Shown: one piece after another, positions 60,464 through 64,000 of the stretch | Numbering within the stretch: position 1 is the stretch's first letter | Layout: each line of letters opens with the position of its first letter | Assembly (NCBI GenBank): GCA_963716395.1 | Contig: OY970309.1 | Coordinates: 1,792,001 to 1,856,000 of the forward strand | Direction: 5' to 3' | DNA: 64,000 nt | Origin: an uncultured Fibrobacteria bacterium | GTDB lineage: Bacteria > Fibrobacterota > Fibrobacteria > UBA11236 | Notes under the pieces: generated by a model | Told to the model about the DNA's origin: nothing | Seen by the model: the letters and a program-made list of their open reading frames with translations, nothing else | Database searches by the model: none | Made by a program: the position numbers and the translations under genes

Positions 60464-61144
60464 TCAGGCTTTGGTTTTTGGCGCGGAGGCCGGGTTTGGA
60501 TTCGGCGCCGCAGCCGGAATTTTATTCGCGGCGGGTTTGGCCGCGGTGGGCGCGGGTTGCGGCAGCGGGCTTTTGCCCATCAGTTCGGTGATATGCGCGG
60601 CGCGATGCACGTCGAGGGCACCCACGGCGGCCAGCAATTTCGAAGCGGCGTCGGCGTCGGTGATTTTCCTCAGAATTTTCACCACCAAAGGATCCTGCAA
60701 CGACAAGAGAATGGGCGCGGCTTCTTCGGGTCGCATCGATCCGTATACGTCGGCCAGCGATTGGATTTGCTTGTCCTGCAAGACGCCGTTTTGGGCCACC
60801 AGGGTTTCGATGCGCTGGCGCTCCGCCAGAATTTGATCTTTTTCCCGGCTGGTTTCCTGCTTCAGGTTTTCCAGGTGATCCAGTTCGCGTTGGACGGCCG
60901 CTTCCTGATCCGCCACCTCTTTGCTTTTGGCTTCCAAGGCCTTGTAGGTTTTGAGTTGCTCGGCTTCGGCCGAATCCTGCTTGGCCGTTTCGGCGGTGCG
61001 GAAGGCGTCGTGCAATTCCAGACGCTCCTTGGCGCTGCCCATTTCGAGATGCACCACGCCCGTGGCCAGCAACACGCCGAGCACCACCACGGGAAAGAGC
61101 GCCAGCGAGATGAACGAAACTCCGAGTAATTCTTTGAGCGACAT
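60464..61144 (-). CDS. MotE/FlbB-like (MgtE N-terminal domain) flagellar protein
   Basis: TM + coiled coil + LADVYGSMRPEEAAPIL. Typical position upstream of fliK. Confidence 0.8.
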   Translation of the reverse strand: MSLKELLGVSFISLALFPVVVLGVLLATGVVHLEMGSAKERLELHDAFRTAETAKQDSAEAEQLKTYKALEAKSKEVADQEAAVQRELDHLENLKQETSREKDQILAERQRIETLVAQNGVLQDKQIQSLADVYGSMRPEEAAPILLSLQDPLVVKILRKITDADAASKLLAAVGALDVHRAAHITELMGKSPLPQPAPTAAKPAANKIPAAAPNPNPASAPKTKA

Positions 61145-61168
61145 GCTATCCCCAAAGACGACCTCCAG

Positions 61169-61185
61169 CGCAACCTCTGTGCCAA
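61169..61185 (-). promoter_or_regulatory. sigma54 (-24/-12) promoter of the flagellar operon
   Basis: Minus strand TTGGCACAGAGGTTGCG = TGGCAC-N5-TTGC with exact GG-N10-GC spacing, ~25 nt before the ATG. Confidence 0.8.
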
Positions 61186-61285
61186 AGCGCACAGGGGAAT
61201 TCCCGTGAAAAATTTGACGAGGGTAACCTGTAAAATACGCCCGAAATTTCCGCAGCAGGCAAGAGTTGCCCGCTTCACGCAATGT

Positions 61286-62455
61286 TTAAAGGGCGATGTC
61301 GGATTTCAATTGATGCTTGTACAACATGAGGCCGGAAAGAATTTTGGGCGCAAAGAAGGTCGATTTCTCGGGCATGACGACCTGGGAATTTTTGAGACCG
61401 GCGTCGGCCACGTCCATGAGCTCGCGCAGCGATACGGGATGCAAGGCCACGGCCAAATCGTAGGTGCCGTTGTCGACCAGGCTTTGCATGCTGGCCAAAT
61501 CCCACTCCGGGTAATAATCGAAATGTTTTTTCTGCAGCATCATGGAGTGAGCGACGCCCAGATGCGGATACAATTCGCGCTCGAGAATCGAGCAGTCGAG
61601 CCGGCCCACCACGTCCTCGGGAATGTGTTTCGCCCGCAGCGTAAAGCACCCCGCGCGACTGTAAAGACAGAACGCATGCGCCCCCGGGGTTGCGAAAGCC
61701 GGCGCGGGGATCAGTTCGAGTTCGCCCTTTGCCTGCGCAAACGGAACGGCCCCGCGGATGACCCGGTTGTAGGCGAGAATGCGGGCTTCTCCGACGATGT
61801 AGGCCATGGCATGGGTTTGCCCGCCGAGCAGGGCGGCGTGATACCGATGATGCCCGTCGGCGATATAGAGGCGTTGTGCGCCCACGGCTTGCCGCAAGGC
61901 CCGCCCTTCGGCCGAAGTCTCGGGCACGCGGAAGACGCGCGTGTGAATGCCGTGCAAGTCGTTGTAGCCTCCGAAGTCGCTGGTGAAATCGTACAGCGGT
62001 TTTTCACGGCTGCGCACGGCTTCCAGGGTCGGACCGATGGACGCGGGCGTCAATAGAAAAATCGGCTCCAGGGTATAACCGGTGGCGGCCGTGACGGCGA
62101 GGCGACCTTTCACTTTTTCGTCAAAGGTTTTTTCGTGGCGAATGACCTTGCCTTCGGTGTAAGGCGCGACTTCGACCGCAGCGAAAAACCCGAGACGCTT
62201 TCCGCCGCTCCAAACCTGTTCATACACGTACACACAGGGTTCAGGGTCGGATATAAGGTCTCCTTGCCTTTGCAGGCTCGCCAGCGCCTCGGTAGGGTTT
62301 GGGCCCAGGGTCACGTGGTAAAACGAGCCGGGCCGGCTTTGCAGCAGCTTTTCCAGCGGAGAGCCTTCTTTGATCACATCGTAAGGCGGTGTGGCCAATT
62401 GTTCCGCAACCGCAGTGGTGGGTCGCAAGCCGTGCAACCCGCGAATGTCCGTCAT
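61286..62455 (-). CDS. DUF1015 family protein
   Basis: PPYDVI, IRHEKT, YIADGHHRY, MPEKSTFFAPKILSGL. Confidence 0.9.
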   Translation of the reverse strand: MTDIRGLHGLRPTTAVAEQLATPPYDVIKEGSPLEKLLQSRPGSFYHVTLGPNPTEALASLQRQGDLISDPEPCVYVYEQVWSGGKRLGFFAAVEVAPYTEGKVIRHEKTFDEKVKGRLAVTAATGYTLEPIFLLTPASIGPTLEAVRSREKPLYDFTSDFGGYNDLHGIHTRVFRVPETSAEGRALRQAVGAQRLYIADGHHRYHAALLGGQTHAMAYIVGEARILAYNRVIRGAVPFAQAKGELELIPAPAFATPGAHAFCLYSRAGCFTLRAKHIPEDVVGRLDCSILERELYPHLGVAHSMMLQKKHFDYYPEWDLASMQSLVDNGTYDLAVALHPVSLRELMDVADAGLKNSQVVMPEKSTFFAPKILSGLMLYKHQLKSDIAL

Positions 62456-62530
62456 GCTGAATCCTTCGTGAAAACAGAAATATTAAAAGCACGGAGCCCA
62501 ACCGCGCAGGGTGGGGTATAATCAAAGTGG

Positions 62531-62833
62531 ATGGAACTGCTGAAACTGGGCGCCGGACTTTTGGCCGTTGCCGTCTATGCGTACGGGTTGTTCCACTGGA
62601 TCTACCGGGGCCGACTGTGGCCGGCCTTAGTCGTGATTTTGGCGCTTTATCCGCTATTGCTCCGTCTGACCTTGGGCACACCCTGGCTGTTTCTTCGCGC
62701 CGCACCGCTCCTCGGGGTGGGCATGTTTTTCCATCGCTACCGCGGGCGAACCTTGCATCAGATTCGGTTGCTCTGGTTTACGACCTTATGCGTGATCGTG
62801 GTGCAGGTTTATTATCTCGTCCTGCGCATTTAA
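62531..62833 (+). CDS. small hypothetical multi-TM protein
   Basis: 100 aa, largely hydrophobic, fills the gap. Confidence 0.6.
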   Translation: MELLKLGAGLLAVAVYAYGLFHWIYRGRLWPALVVILALYPLLLRLTLGTPWLFLRAAPLLGVGMFFHRYRGRTLHQIRLLWFTTLCVIVVQVYYLVLRI

Positions 62834-63003
62834 CCCATTTCCAAGCGCACCAGTTAAAAGCCATTTGTACGGATGCAGGCGGCTAATGATTTGCTCCAAT
62901 CAACGCCGGTACCGACACATTCATATGCATTCCGATCAATGTGAACCCGCTGGGTCTGCCTATGACCATCGGGACTCTTTCGATTAAATTAGAAGCCCTT
63001 CAC

Positions 63004-63076
63004 GCCACTTTAGCTCAGTTGGTAGAGCAACGCTTTCGTAAAGCGTGGGTCCTCGGTTCGAGTCCGGGAAGTGGCT
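63004..63076 (+). tRNA. tRNA-Thr(CGT)
   Basis: Acceptor GCCACTT/AAGTGGC, D-arm GCTC-AGTTGGTA-GAGC, anticodon stem ACGCT-TTCGTAA-AGCGT, T-loop TTCGAGT. CCA not encoded. Confidence 0.97.
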
Positions 63077-63143
63077 GAATGACCGCATGTTTTTCTCGTA
63101 TCGCATCGATTCGCGCAACCCGGATTTATATATTCGGTTCCTT

Positions 63144-64000
63144 ATGAAAAAAATTTTACTCCAATGCGCTCCGATATTGGTTTTGGCTTCGCTTGCATGC
63201 GGGGCGGGAAATTCGAGCAGTTCTTCGTTTTTCGATCTGGAAAATTCAAATCCCTCTTCCAATGGATATGAAAGCGGGGGGGGGAGTGGAATTCAAACCG
63301 GGATTCAAAACGAATCCGGAATGGCGGACTTTCCTATCCGTAATCCTGGCGAAAATAATATGTCCATGCGTAACAACCCGCAAAACGAGGCTACGAGCTA
63401 TGTGGGGGATTTCCCCTTAGACGACACCTTGTACCGCATCGGCCCCGGCGACGTGTTTCAAATCTTCACCGAAGGAATGACTTCGGATAAACCCGTTGAT
63501 CCCGAAGGCAACCTCATTTTGAACCGCATCGGCGTGCTGCATCTCAACGGGCTTACATTGAAAGATGCCGAGAAGTTGATTCTGCAAAAACTCCGGACCA
63601 GTTTCAAACCGTCGGAGTGCTTCGTCAGCCTGGCCCGCCCCAAAATCATGCGCGTTTTTATCACCGGTGCCGTGCAGGAACCGGGCTCGTACAAAGTTCC
63701 GGGAAACATGCGCTTAACGAATCTGATCGAAGCCGCCGAAAGTTTTGCCTCCATGGCACAAATGGGCTATATCTACATTACGGCGGCGGACGGAACAATC
63801 GACTCGGTGGATATCGGCAAATTTTATATGCAGGGCGATTTGAATTCCAATCCCTACCTGACGCAAGGCTGCGTAGTCGAGGTCCCGTATGTCGATTATT
63901 CAAAACCATGGGTGACGATACGATGCGACACTTCGTCCGTCCCCACACAGTTGGAGCCCGATGAGAACATCCGGCATCTTCTTATGCGGAACTATGTATA
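63144..64000 (+). CDS. polysaccharide export / SLBB-domain protein (Wza/KpsD-like), 3' truncated
   Basis: Not in the ORF track because it has no stop. Manual translation MKKILLQ...SLAC, YRIGPGD, VDPEGN, GLTLKDA, VFITGAVQEPGSY, GDLNSNPYL. Confidence 0.88.
   Translation, partial: MKKILLQCAPILVLASLACGAGNSSSSSFFDLENSNPSSNGYESGGGSGIQTGIQNESGMADFPIRNPGENNMSMRNNPQNEATSYVGDFPLDDTLYRIGPGDVFQIFTEGMTSDKPVDPEGNLILNRIGVLHLNGLTLKDAEKLILQKLRTSFKPSECFVSLARPKIMRVFITGAVQEPGSYKVPGNMRLTNLIEAAESFASMAQMGYIYITAADGTIDSVDIGKFYMQGDLNSNPYLTQGCVVEVPYVDYSKPWVTIRCDTSSVPTQLEPDENIRHLLMRNYV

Noticed and set aside
63004-63076. tRNA-Thr as island attachment site
   Set aside because: No integrase and no duplicated tRNA 3' end seen within the window.
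1-64000. CRISPR array, integrase, transposase or prophage genes
   Set aside because: No regularly spaced repeat-spacer structure and no recognisable cas, recombinase or phage proteins.

Overview
A GC-rich bacterial chromosome segment, most likely Fibrobacterota. This is inferred from a fibro-slime protein, a TIGR02147-like protein and Fibrobacter-type secreted proteins. Layout: (1) 0-12.8 kb is mostly core: partial RelE/HigB-HigA toxin-antitoxin pair, DUF4301, GH26, rpiA, DUF502, DegP-like protease, fliW-csrA, secA, tmk, S41 protease. (2) 13-30 kb is accessory: fibro-slime protein, TIGR02147 plus lipoprotein, DUF1080 protein plus outer-membrane barrel, a ~1,420-aa Ig-repeat surface lipoprotein, and a candidate polymorphic toxin locus. 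(3) 30-44 kb is mixed housekeeping, including murA, ParA, xth, YceI, a GGDEF protein and a GH5 cellulase. (4) 44.4-61.2 kb is a minus-strand flagellar operon, MotE-like to fliA, with a consensus sigma54 promoter, no motAB, no flhG and a degenerate FlhF. (5) The end holds DUF1015, tRNA-Thr(CGT) and a partial polysaccharide-export gene. The best candidate for an undescribed system is the 884-aa putative toxin with a MORN-repeat immunity gene. Its 3' part is tandemly duplicated (~1.55 kb) as a mosaic orphan tip plus immunity cassette. Also notable are a MITE-like AGGGTACCTCT inverted-repeat family (4 copies) and a GGA-rich structured RNA candidate after fliA. Four +1 frameshifts are probably sequencing errors. 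All family assignments come from motif recognition by eye, not database searches.
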